NCBI GenBank assembly: GCA_963664015.2
Contig: CAXXLF010000002.1
Location: forward strand, 512,001 to 576,000
Direction of reading: 5' to 3'
Length of the DNA: 64,000 nucleotides
From: Candidatus Binatia bacterium
GTDB lineage: Bacteria; Desulfobacterota; Binatia; UBA9968; CAXXLF01
Shown here: positions 21,215 to 30,727 of the stretch, piece by piece
Position numbering within the stretch: the stretch's first letter is position 1
Layout of the letters: every line of letters starts with the position of its first letter
Made by a program: the position numbers and the translations under genes
The notes under the pieces: generated by a model
Database searches by the model: none
Seen by the model: only the letters and a program-made list of their open reading frames with translations
Told to the model about the DNA's origin: nothing

Positions 21215-22444
21215 TTAGAATGTTTGCCTTTTATCGGTGTCAAGACTGATGAAGCCGAGTATAACCACACCTATAAAATAAGATATGGCCATGGTCACGA
21301 GCGCCGGCGCCAGCCCGAACCGATCCACAATCAATCCCGTGACCAGTATCCACACGGGTCCGGTGATTGCCGAAAGGGTATGAAACACGCTCAGCTGAGT
21401 GTCGACCCGGGTCTCCTTCGGTGCCACGTTGATCAGCAAGCTCTGAAGCAATGAGCTGCGACCGAAAATAAAACAACCGGCAAAAAAGGTAATCCCGAAC
21501 AGACCGACTCCCGCTGTTTTTGGGATCAGGATCAAGAGCGTAAAGACGGCGGATAGGACGAGATCGATACGGATGGCGAACCGGGGAGAGGTCCGGTCGG
21601 AGAGCCAACCCAAAACCATGGGGCCTATTACGCCCCCGAAGGTGTACATGGCAACAAAGAGGGCCGCATAAGAGGCACTGATACCGAACCGGTCCACCAG
21701 GATCACGGCAAGATAGGTATTCAGCGACCCGGTACCGCGACCGGCGGCACCCACCATCATGACACTAGCAAGGAGGAGGGCCCTACGGTCCTGGATCAGG
21801 ACTTTGTATTCATGGAGACCCAGCCTGGACCGTCGTTTCGAACCGCCTTCGGCAACTACTGAGGGAGACGGCTCCTCCAGGAAAAAGAAGGAAAAGCTCA
21901 TGATTATGAGGGGAAGACTCATCACCACGACGATCTGGCGCCAATCCAGGTAGTACAGCAAACCAGCCACAACTAGCGGGGCGATCCAGCCCCCCATGTT
22001 TCCGCTGGTATGATGAAAGGCCAAAGCCTTGGCCCGGTCCTTGGGAAAGCTGTATGCCATGACCGATCCGCCGACCGGATGGTTTGGGCTGGTCCCTAAC
22101 CCCCGCGTCGCCATAGCAACGGCCATATGGTTAAAGCTTTGAGCAAATCCCATGGCCGACATGCCCACAAAGGCCACCGCCGTGCCAATGCCCAGGATAT
22201 GGGTCCTACGAAGGAAGCGCGTCATCACACCAAAGGTAATCTGCATCGGCCCCTCGACCAGCATGGTGATCACGGACAAAAAAGCGATCCCCGTATAACC
22301 GAAGTTCAACTGATCCCGGATTATTGGATAAAGAACCGACAGCCCCTGGGAGCTCATGTGGCTAAGGCCGTGTGTCGTATTGACAATTGCGACGGTCAAC
22401 CAACGACGCTTGGCTGTTTCCATGCTCTGGGACGCTTCAATCAT
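21215..22444 (-). CDS. MFS transporter (Fsr-like)
   Basis: About 12 TM helices; GLGTSPNHP, RAKALAFH, GWLSDR. Confidence 0.9.
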   Translation of the reverse strand: MIEASQSMETAKRRWLTVAIVNTTHGLSHMSSQGLSVLYPIIRDQLNFGYTGIAFLSVITMLVEGPMQITFGVMTRFLRRTHILGIGTAVAFVGMSAMGFAQSFNHMAVAMATRGLGTSPNHPVGGSVMAYSFPKDRAKALAFHHTSGNMGGWIAPLVVAGLLYYLDWRQIVVVMSLPLIIMSFSFFFLEEPSPSVVAEGGSKRRSRLGLHEYKVLIQDRRALLLASVMMVGAAGRGTGSLNTYLAVILVDRFGISASYAALFVAMYTFGGVIGPMVLGWLSDRTSPRFAIRIDLVLSAVFTLLILIPKTAGVGLFGITFFAGCFIFGRSSLLQSLLINVAPKETRVDTQLSVFHTLSAITGPVWILVTGLIVDRFGLAPALVTMAISYFIGVVILGFISLDTDKRQTF

Positions 22445-22665
22445 AGGAACGCACCTCCTCTACCGGGGAAAACCATCTGATACGGATCCTAGCAGACCGA
22501 CAGAACATTTTCATTTGAAAACTCTAGGCAAAAACAAACCTATGGGTTACGCGAATGGAAACTGTCAACCAGAAGTTCCTTTTCAGGGGATAGCTAGTGT
22601 GTACTCGAATTAACCCCTTTCTCCTATTCCACTGTTCAACCTCCTGTGCTCGAGCCCAATGGGAC

Positions 22666-22694
22666 TTGACAGATCATAGAATTGCGACTATGGG
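22666..22694 (+). promoter_or_regulatory. Putative sigma70 promoter of the ABC operon
   Basis: TTGACA-N17-TATGGG, upstream of GGAGG and ATG 22742. Confidence 0.4.
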
Positions 22695-22741
22695 ATCATT
22701 ACTGATAGACATACGGGTTAACCACGATTGGAGGAGCCACA

Positions 22742-23833
22742 ATGAAAACGAACCGCATTACCGTGACCTTAGGTTTTTGGGCCCTATTATTCCTGCTACC
22801 GGGATTGGTCCCTTTAACATCGGCTGCCAGCCCCTGGAACATGGATAATGTCGAGGCGGCGGCGCGAAAAGAAGGCAGCCTTGTCATCTACTCGGCACCG
22901 GGTCATATTAACCGTAAAGCCCAGAGCGCTATCAACAAGATTTTTAAGGACAGATACGGTGTCAGCATAGAGTGGACGACGCTGAGTGCGAGGGATATCT
23001 CCCCTCGTGTATTCGCAGAGCAAAGGACCAAGAATTACACCGTGGATCTCACGATGTCAGGCATCGCCGGCCACTATGGACAGCTCAAACCCAAAGGATA
23101 CGTGCAGCCGATCGTCCCACCTTCTACTTTTCAAAAAGGGGGTTGGCGTTTGGACCCGACATCGGTCAAGCCCAAAGCGAGGGACTGGCTTTTTATCAAT
23201 ATGCCGCTCAGACCCAGCTTTCTGATCAATACCAATCTGATCCCCTCGGGCCAGGAACCGAAAAGCTACCAGGATCTCCTGGACCCCAAATGGAAAGGGA
23301 AGATCGTATTTCAAACCCCAGCGAGAGGGGGTACCGGCTCCGGCTGGTTCCGTGCCACTCACAGTCATCTCGGTTTGAAATACATGAGGGCGTTAGCCAA
23401 GCAGGTGGTGATCGTGGCCAAGGTCAACGATACTCCCCAGGGTGTCGTTCGGGGGCAGTATCCCATTGGGCTTGCAGCGTCAACGACGAGAGTCCGAAGG
23501 CTCATCGAACAAGGCGCTCCCGTCAAATTCATTCAGCCCAAGGAAGGTTCCCATATGGCCAGTCAGGGAACCTGCTTTATCGTGAATGCACCTCACCCCA
23601 ATGCAGCCAAACTCTTTTACCATTGGTTTTTCACTAAAGAGGGTCAAATCGTTTACGCGACCAACACCCAAGCCATCTCCGTAAGAAAGGATGTGCCACA
23701 GGATTTCATACCGGCCAATCAGCGTTACAAGGAAGGACAGCCCTATTTGATGGCCTTACTGGAAGACCAACAGGGGTCGAGGCCGAGAGAACTCTTAAAA
23801 CTGGGTAAAAAAATCTTCATAGAAGGCAAGTAA
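22742..23833 (+). CDS. ABC substrate-binding protein (AfuA/FbpA-like fold)
   Basis: Signal peptide; AARKEG, PKSYQDLLDPKWKGKI, APHPNAAKLF...SKEGQ-like motif. Confidence 0.88.
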   Translation: MKTNRITVTLGFWALLFLLPGLVPLTSAASPWNMDNVEAAARKEGSLVIYSAPGHINRKAQSAINKIFKDRYGVSIEWTTLSARDISPRVFAEQRTKNYTVDLTMSGIAGHYGQLKPKGYVQPIVPPSTFQKGGWRLDPTSVKPKARDWLFINMPLRPSFLINTNLIPSGQEPKSYQDLLDPKWKGKIVFQTPARGGTGSGWFRATHSHLGLKYMRALAKQVVIVAKVNDTPQGVVRGQYPIGLAASTTRVRRLIEQGAPVKFIQPKEGSHMASQGTCFIVNAPHPNAAKLFYHWFFTKEGQIVYATNTQAISVRKDVPQDFIPANQRYKEGQPYLMALLEDQQGSRPRELLKLGKKIFIEGK

Positions 23834-23876
23834 CGCAATACTCCAGACACTACTGACGCGGATCTGAGGCAGTTGA

Positions 23877-25613
23877 GTGGAGTCAGTTACCGGACTGTGG
23901 AGTGCGGCCCAAGATAAGGGGCGGTTCATCTGGACCGCAACCCTTGTAGCGATCCCCCAATGGGCGTTGCTAGCCCTAGTGAGCATCCTGGTCATCTACC
24001 CGATGGCCATGATCGTTTTCGGCGCCTTCTGGAGCTCGATGCCGGGAGAGCCGGGCCATCTTACCTTTGCAGGGTATACCGAGGCATTCTCCCAACCGGG
24101 CTTATTGAAGGCCCTGTGGACCACCTACTGGCTGACCATCCTGGTCAAGATCATCTCAATCACCCTCGCAATATTTTTTGCCTGGATCATCGCGCGAACC
24201 GATACCCCGGGTAGACAATGGCTGGAAGTAGGCTTCTGGCTCTATTTCTTTATGCCCTTCATGCCCCTGGCCATGGCATGGGTCCTCCTGCTGGCACCGG
24301 ACTTCGGGCTGATCAATCAGGCGCTGCAACGGCTGCCTTTTATTGATGGCTCGGTGTTCAACGTCTATTCCTACGGAGGGATCATCTGGGCCAGCACCCT
24401 CACCAGTACGTCCTTTATGGTGCTTCTCATCACCCCGGCCTTTCGCCGGATGGAGGCCAGCCTTGAGGAGGCGTCGACACTGGCAGGGGCCTCCAGGATG
24501 ACTACGATCAAACAGATCTTGATCCCGTTGATGGCCCCCACCATTCTTGGCGTCCTGTTCCTGACCTTTATCAGGGGGATCGAAGCCTTTGAGACACCGT
24601 TGATTCTAGGATATCCCGCGGGAATCCATGTCTACGGGACCAAATTATACGACCTTTTGCATGAAGAACCGCCGGCCTTTCCTCCGGCCATGGCCTTGAC
24701 CAACATTTTCTTGTTCACCCTCTTTGGTCTGATTTACCTTCAGAACAGATTCATCAAGGGGAAAACCTATACGACTATTGGAGGACGTGGATTCTCCGTA
24801 CGACCCATTTCCCTGGGACGCTGGCGATACGTCACAATGGGGATCTGTCTCGTTTGGCTCGCCATCAGCACCCTTCTTCCCGTCTTGACCCTCCTTTTCG
24901 GATCGTTCATGAAGATTTTTGGTGTTTTTTTACCAGGCGGCTCTTTTACGAGTAATAATTGGATCTATCTCTTCGAGGATCCCAGCTTCTGGTTCAGCCT
25001 GAAGAATACCCTTTTGATGGGAGCCGCCGCGGCCACCTTCGGGCTGATTCTCCACTCCATGATCAGCTACGTGATCGTCAAATCAACTTTTAAAGGCAAG
25101 AAAGCCCTCGAGTTTGTCAGCTGGTTGCCGTGGGCTGTGCCCGGAATCGTCTTAGGATTAGGGATCTTCTGGGCCTATGTGGGGGGTATCCGTTTGCCTT
25201 TCGTCCTCTATGGAACCCTTTGGATTCTGGTAATGGCAATGATCATTAAGGAAATGCCCATTGGCATCCGGGCCATGAGCGGCGGGCTGATGCAACTCAG
25301 TAACGAATTGGAAGAATCCTCCCGGGTTCACGGAGCCTCGTTCCCGCGCACCTTTCGTTCCATCGTCGTGCCCTTGTTGGCCCCTACCTTTATCGCCACG
25401 TGGATAATTATCTTCCTCGCAGCAGTAAGGGACTTGAGCACGGTGATACTTCTCTACTCGGCGAAATCCAAGGTTTTATCGGTCTTGAACTACGAGTTGT
25501 GGGCGTCTGGCCGCATGGAGTCCGCATTCGCCATCGGGCTCGTCACGACCCTTATCGTCATTGTCGCAGCGATAGCCGCCCGCCTCCTCGGAGGCAGACA
25601 AGAACTCAACTAG
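23877..25613 (+). CDS. ABC permease, fused two-domain FbpB-like
   Basis: Two EAA loops (SLEEASTLAGAS; ELEESSRVHGAS), ARTDTPGR, PWAVPGIV. Confidence 0.9.
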   Translation: MESVTGLWSAAQDKGRFIWTATLVAIPQWALLALVSILVIYPMAMIVFGAFWSSMPGEPGHLTFAGYTEAFSQPGLLKALWTTYWLTILVKIISITLAIFFAWIIARTDTPGRQWLEVGFWLYFFMPFMPLAMAWVLLLAPDFGLINQALQRLPFIDGSVFNVYSYGGIIWASTLTSTSFMVLLITPAFRRMEASLEEASTLAGASRMTTIKQILIPLMAPTILGVLFLTFIRGIEAFETPLILGYPAGIHVYGTKLYDLLHEEPPAFPPAMALTNIFLFTLFGLIYLQNRFIKGKTYTTIGGRGFSVRPISLGRWRYVTMGICLVWLAISTLLPVLTLLFGSFMKIFGVFLPGGSFTSNNWIYLFEDPSFWFSLKNTLLMGAAAATFGLILHSMISYVIVKSTFKGKKALEFVSWLPWAVPGIVLGLGIFWAYVGGIRLPFVLYGTLWILVMAMIIKEMPIGIRAMSGGLMQLSNELEESSRVHGASFPRTFRSIVVPLLAPTFIATWIIIFLAAVRDLSTVILLYSAKSKVLSVLNYELWASGRMESAFAIGLVTTLIVIVAAIAARLLGGRQELN

Positions 25614-25900
25614 AAATCCGACCAAAACTATTTCGAAAATTTTCTTTGAATTTGTAGCCGGGGAATCGGACAAACGACGACTTGCCCTGTGAGAATTAGG
25701 CTCAACCGAAGTCGAAATGTTCGCCCAAGCGCTATTCCACGGGGCGAACCCCAAAGGTGCAAAGCGAGAACAGCAAGCAGGTAGCAGCACGCGGTTAGGA
25801 GCCAGAACGAGGTAAATCGGCCGCTGATTTACTCAGATGGACGCAGAAAGAAATCCCTCTATGAATATTACCGCAGAAGCGCCCTTCCATCGCGACGATT

Positions 25901-26920
25901 CTAAGGACGATATGAATCCTGCGCCGCCTTCAGGGCATCGAGGCGAAGCGCGTTTTCCATTTGGAACCCCCGCGGCACGAGACCATCCCGCTGGCACTCC
26001 TCGAGAACTCCCAACAAGCCGTTCATCGGCAATGTAAAAGTAGGATCGATCCGGGAATAAAGGGAGTTCAGCAATTCCTCAAAACGATACCGATCCTCGG
26101 GCTCTTCCGTTGCAAATCCGCTAGCCTGTACCAGTTTGCGGATGGCCTCCCGTTCTCCAGGATCAATAACAACCTTGGCCGCATGCATCATCCCCCGAAA
26201 ACAGGAAACCACAGCGTCAAAATGTTCCCGCACTGCCAGATCAGAAACAACGGTAACCCGGTCTTGCCTGGGAGGGAAAAACTGTCCGCCATCCACCAGC
26301 TGAGGGTAACCCGCTTTGTCCATATGACGCGCGAAGGAGACACTCACCATCACCGCCTCGCCCCGACCCTCTTCGAGGAAGCGTAACGTCTGTGGCATGT
26401 CGTGCATGTTACCATGGTAAACGAATTCAACATCCTTATCCGGTTCGATCTCGAATCGACGAAATATTTCCCGGGCCTGGATATCCGTGGCACCGTTTCG
26501 GGCCCCGATAATAATCCGCTTCCCCATGAGATCTTCCATCTTCTTTATCTCTTTGGCGCCGTAGAGATGAAAGGTGTGCCCTTTGCGCCGTGCACCGCCG
26601 ATAAAAAGCGTCTTACCCTGAGCATTGGCCGCCAATACCATTGAAGTCAGGGGGTCGACTCCGAGATCAATCCATCCCTGCTCCAGTCCACGCACCTGTG
26701 CTTCCTCGTCCCCAGTGGCGATAAGCTCCACATGGCGGAGCCCCTCCTTTGCAAAGAATCCCCGCTCCATGGCCACCAGTGGTATCGCCAAGTGATTCCA
26801 TTCATCATGGGCAGCGGAAATTCGAAAAGGCCTCTCGCTGGATCCGGACTTGCCGTCAACGGCCAACCAACTACGGTACGGTCCTGCAATTAAAGTTTGT
26901 GATGAGAACGTAATGATCAA
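25901..26920 (-). CDS. NMT1/THI5/SsuA-like binding protein lacking a signal peptide
   Basis: VAMERGFFAKEGL, DLMGKRIIIGARNGATD, IEPDKDVEFV. Confidence 0.75.
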   Translation of the reverse strand: MIITFSSQTLIAGPYRSWLAVDGKSGSSERPFRISAAHDEWNHLAIPLVAMERGFFAKEGLRHVELIATGDEEAQVRGLEQGWIDLGVDPLTSMVLAANAQGKTLFIGGARRKGHTFHLYGAKEIKKMEDLMGKRIIIGARNGATDIQAREIFRRFEIEPDKDVEFVYHGNMHDMPQTLRFLEEGRGEAVMVSVSFARHMDKAGYPQLVDGGQFFPPRQDRVTVVSDLAVREHFDAVVSCFRGMMHAAKVVIDPGEREAIRKLVQASGFATEEPEDRYRFEELLNSLYSRIDPTFTLPMNGLLGVLEECQRDGLVPRGFQMENALRLDALKAAQDSYRP

Positions 26921-26943
26921 GCACCCCCTATTTTAGCTTGCCC

Positions 26944-28101
26944 CTATAGAAGCTTGTCCTCGAAAGGCATATCGGCCATTTTTACCGGGCCCTGATCCGT
27001 AATGAGGATCTGCTCTTCCAACTTGACAGCCACGTCATCTCCCTCGGCACCAAAGACGCAGTCCACGGAAAGGACCTGATCCTTCTTGATTGTGTCTTCC
27101 ACATCCTTTTGATATTTCATAATGCTCGGATATTCCCCGGGAGTCAGGCCATTGGAGTGGGCGATATGGAAAGAATAGAGATATTTATGAAACTCCTCGG
27201 GCACCGGGGGCAAGTTCGCCTTGACTTGCGCGATGGGGGTGCCGGGCTTGAACAATGAAATGACCCCATGGAGATATTCATGGGCACGCCGATAACGGTC
27301 CCGTTGTTTGTCCGATGCCTTGGTGCCACAGAGAAAGGTCCGGGAAGAGTCGAAGATATATCCGCAAGGCCCATAGACATGGAGGTCTAAACCCACAAGA
27401 TCTCCGTCCTGGAATTTGCGTTCCGTCGGCCAGCGCCGCCATGGATTCATGTTTTCCCCGGAGCATACATTAATTTGCAAAAGATCCTCCGCGCCCAATA
27501 GGATCACGCGGGAGAAGATAAGGCTAATCATCTCCTCTTCGCTCATTCCCGGAGCCATCTCGTCCCGAAAGGTCCGCATAATGCTGCTGTAGATCTTGGC
27601 GATTTCCTTGTAGATCAGTATCTCGTCCTGTGTCTTTACTGTCTTTGACAGCTCGAGTAAATTATCCGCAGTCATCAGGGGAATCTCTTGATGACTGAGA
27701 GCGCTAAATCCGATAGGATCGAGAGTGTCGATTCCAAGTTTTTGTCCAACAACGCCAAACTCCCTCATGAGGTCCTTAAGCTTATCGGCCCATTTCAAGG
27801 CCTTTTGATCCGCATCCGAATCCGAAGGATCCACACGATAAATGATTGGGCGGGTATCGGGATGGGAGAGCTTGACGAAACCTTCGTCCATGGACCGGAC
27901 AAAGGCAACCGGTTCGCCCTCTGCTGGAACAAATGCAGTCCCACCTGGAATACGCAGGTTCAGCACATACCTTACATTGATTCGGTTGGTCAGAAAAATC
28001 CCGCCGACGCCTTCTTCCTTCATGATTTTCTGAAGATTGCGCACACGGTCCCGTTTCAAACGCTGATCATCCCATGTCTTTTCAATAAGGCGCATATTCA
28101 C
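26944..28101 (-). CDS. M24 (pita-bread) family protein, DddP-like subgroup
   Basis: VKTQDEI, SGENMNPW, LDLHVYGPCGYIFDSSRTF, HSNGL, VKLEEQILIT. Confidence 0.8.
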   Translation of the reverse strand: MNMRLIEKTWDDQRLKRDRVRNLQKIMKEEGVGGIFLTNRINVRYVLNLRIPGGTAFVPAEGEPVAFVRSMDEGFVKLSHPDTRPIIYRVDPSDSDADQKALKWADKLKDLMREFGVVGQKLGIDTLDPIGFSALSHQEIPLMTADNLLELSKTVKTQDEILIYKEIAKIYSSIMRTFRDEMAPGMSEEEMISLIFSRVILLGAEDLLQINVCSGENMNPWRRWPTERKFQDGDLVGLDLHVYGPCGYIFDSSRTFLCGTKASDKQRDRYRRAHEYLHGVISLFKPGTPIAQVKANLPPVPEEFHKYLYSFHIAHSNGLTPGEYPSIMKYQKDVEDTIKKDQVLSVDCVFGAEGDDVAVKLEEQILITDQGPVKMADMPFEDKLL

Positions 28102-28364
28102 CTACCTTCCCTTCACTCATGATCTCGTTGAACTCCAGGGTGAGAAATCCTTTTTTTCGCCCTTTGCGGAGCCCACTATCACCAACAGTATCCGATCAAC
28201 AGTTTTTAATCCACCCTATGTAGGAGCAGACATCTCCCTGCCATAACACAACCCTGATAGCACATCAATGAATGACAGCGGCCTTGAACTTTCAAATCAA
28301 AATGACTATGGTTCGCACTAACCGGCAAAGCCGAGAAAACTGTGAACGGGTTGGGAGGGCAAGT

Positions 28365-29276
28365 ATGAAGGTTCTTAGATTCAACGATGACAGAATTGGA
28401 ATATCAAAAGACGGTAATACGCTCGTAGACGTCAGTGACACCATTACCCACAGGGCGGAGAAAGGCCCTAATCGAGCCATGGAAGAATTCATCGAGAGGC
28501 TCGGTTCGACACGCGGCGAAATCGACCAGGCCGTGGCGCAGGGAAAGTCGCTCCCATTGAGCAGCGTCAAGCTTCTAGCGCCAATCCCGCGGCCGAGCAA
28601 GGTGCTCGCCGCCTTTGTCAACTACCTGGACAGGATCGGAGCAGAGCCTGGAATGGTACCCATCGAATTTTTCTACAAGTGCCCCGAGTTGCTGGGACCG
28701 GAAGGGACGATCATCATCCCCGACATCCCCCCTGTCACTGTATTCCAGCCTGAGGCGGAACTTGGCTTTGTTATGGGCAAAGGGGGCAAGGATATCAGCG
28801 AATCCACCGCAATGGACTATGTCCTCGGCTACATGCCATTCATCGACGTGTCGTCCAGGGGTATGGTCCGTCGGACTCAGTTCCTGGGTAAAGGGCTGGA
28901 CACGTGGGGTCCTTGCGGCCCCTGGATTACCACTGCAGACGAAGTCGGCGACCCCTACACCCTCCAGGTCAAATCCTGGGTCAACGGAAAGCCGCGCCAG
29001 GACTACAACACCAGAGAAATGGCTCAAAAAATTCCGGCACTCATAGCCTGGGTGACCCGCTTCGTTACCCTCAATCCTGGGGATGTCATTACCACGGGCA
29101 CCTTTCATGAAGGACTGGGTCCACTCAACGACGGAGATATCGTCGAGATCGAGATAGAAAAGCTTGGACGAGCAAAGTTCTTTACCAAAGGGTATGGCGA
29201 ACGCAAGGAAGGAAACTGGGCACCCCCCATCCCCAAACCGGGTCAAAAGACCGGGCCGGGGATGAGCAAGGTTTGA
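28365..29276 (+). CDS. Fumarylacetoacetate hydrolase family protein
   Basis: LLAPIPRPSKV, PEAELGFVMGK, DVSSR, GKGLDTWGPCGPWI, LNPGDVITTGT; GGGAGG before ATG 28365. Confidence 0.9.
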   Translation: MKVLRFNDDRIGISKDGNTLVDVSDTITHRAEKGPNRAMEEFIERLGSTRGEIDQAVAQGKSLPLSSVKLLAPIPRPSKVLAAFVNYLDRIGAEPGMVPIEFFYKCPELLGPEGTIIIPDIPPVTVFQPEAELGFVMGKGGKDISESTAMDYVLGYMPFIDVSSRGMVRRTQFLGKGLDTWGPCGPWITTADEVGDPYTLQVKSWVNGKPRQDYNTREMAQKIPALIAWVTRFVTLNPGDVITTGTFHEGLGPLNDGDIVEIEIEKLGRAKFFTKGYGERKEGNWAPPIPKPGQKTGPGMSKV

Positions 29277-29345
29277 AAAACGACGATCCTGAGATCGCTT
29301 AAACTTTAAAACAGTCGATACCGATCGAGCGCTTGGACCCGATAC

Positions 29346-30437
29346 TCAAATGTCCAAGACCTTTCCCATCTGAACCGGGGTCCCGCGCTTGGCACACTCG
29401 TCGAGAAAGAGTTGCTTGACCTCCGCCATGGTCTCGGCGGGAATATCCTCGTAGTTCATCTGGTTACCGCCTCTTTTGGTGCTTCGCATGGTGTAAAAAG
29501 TACTTCGGTCCACCTTGTTTCGCTTGCTACTGAGCTTCAACGCCAGGTGCTCCGCCGGATCACTACTGATCACGCAGTGTTGGTGCCACCACCAGTTAGG
29601 CGGCACGATCATAGTTCCCGGCCCCCAGTATTCCTTGGTCTTGTTCTTCTCCGCCCCGTCGGGCCACATTAAGGAATAGCCCTCACCTTTAAGCCAGATC
29701 ACATGGGCCCCGGGCCCGTGGCGGTGTATCTTGCTGAAGGTCCCCCCGGGGAGCTCGACGAGATGGGCGCCGAGAACGCCGTTGGCCATCTCGAAGGAAT
29801 ATCCCCTCGAATTTACGCCCCGATTGGATTCTCGCAATTCAACGTTATAAACATCAGCGAAAAAATTACTGAAGCTTATCTCAGTTGGGATATCCCAGAG
29901 ACCAAACTTTTCGTTCTTTACCTTACCGGAAAAATAATTCTCTTCGCTATCGTACCGTTCGGGAAAGGGCGCATCGTTGTTGAAGATGAAATCGTCGTTT
30001 CGAATCAGATTCATCATGATCGGCGCCGTGGTCACCGCCAGGTACCGGGCCGTCTCCGTCCCCGAGCCATTGAAATGCTGATAGTGGCAGTTAAGCGGGA
30101 TGGCGAACAGGCTTCCCGCTTGCCACTCGAACGAGTTCTTTTTCTTCGGGTTCGTCCACACGCTGGTGCTCCCGCGACCGCTCAGCACAAAGATCATCTC
30201 CTCGTACATATGCCGTTGTGGCTTCAGCTCGCCACCCACCGGGATCTCGCAGATGTACGACGCATTCATCTCGCCGGTGCCGTCCAGTTGTATCTGCACC
30301 GCCTTACCGCCGGTGCGGTCCCAGGGCCTGAGGGACTGGGTATAGACATTGTCGATCTTGGCACCCCGAATCAGGTCCAGCCCTTCCCGCTCCACCCACT
30401 CGTCAAAATACAGGCAGTTCCACTTCATCTCAGCCAT
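29346..30437 (-). CDS. Bicupin, gentisate 1,2-dioxygenase-like, paralog A1
   Basis: Two cupin domains: QRHMYEE...HYQHFN and KIHRHGPGAH...WWHQH. Confidence 0.85.
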   Translation of the reverse strand: MAEMKWNCLYFDEWVEREGLDLIRGAKIDNVYTQSLRPWDRTGGKAVQIQLDGTGEMNASYICEIPVGGELKPQRHMYEEMIFVLSGRGSTSVWTNPKKKNSFEWQAGSLFAIPLNCHYQHFNGSGTETARYLAVTTAPIMMNLIRNDDFIFNNDAPFPERYDSEENYFSGKVKNEKFGLWDIPTEISFSNFFADVYNVELRESNRGVNSRGYSFEMANGVLGAHLVELPGGTFSKIHRHGPGAHVIWLKGEGYSLMWPDGAEKNKTKEYWGPGTMIVPPNWWWHQHCVISSDPAEHLALKLSSKRNKVDRSTFYTMRSTKRGGNQMNYEDIPAETMAEVKQLFLDECAKRGTPVQMGKVLDI

Positions 30438-30488
30438 TTAATTTCCTCCTATATCGATGGATTCATGATTGCCTATAACTACCAAACC

Positions 30489-30518
30489 TTGACAATCGAG
30501 GCAACGAATCAATAGTAT
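30489..30518 (+). promoter_or_regulatory. Putative sigma70 promoter of the Mo-hydroxylase gene
   Basis: TTGACA-N18-TAGTAT, about 210 nt before ATG 30728. Confidence 0.45.
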
Positions 30519-30727
30519 CCCTCCTGTGATTAACCACAAGGGCGGAAAGTCGTAGTACCTGCCAGGAAACGCACAGGGTAAAGGGATCTGAGGGGAAATG
30601 ACCTATCAATCGTATAAGACACAGGTTTCCTGCATATTCAGCTTATGATGACCGGGGACACCTAGCGCCTCCAGACCCTAAGCAACTGCACCTGGGCACG
30701 GGACAAATTCTATTCTAAGGAGGGCCA

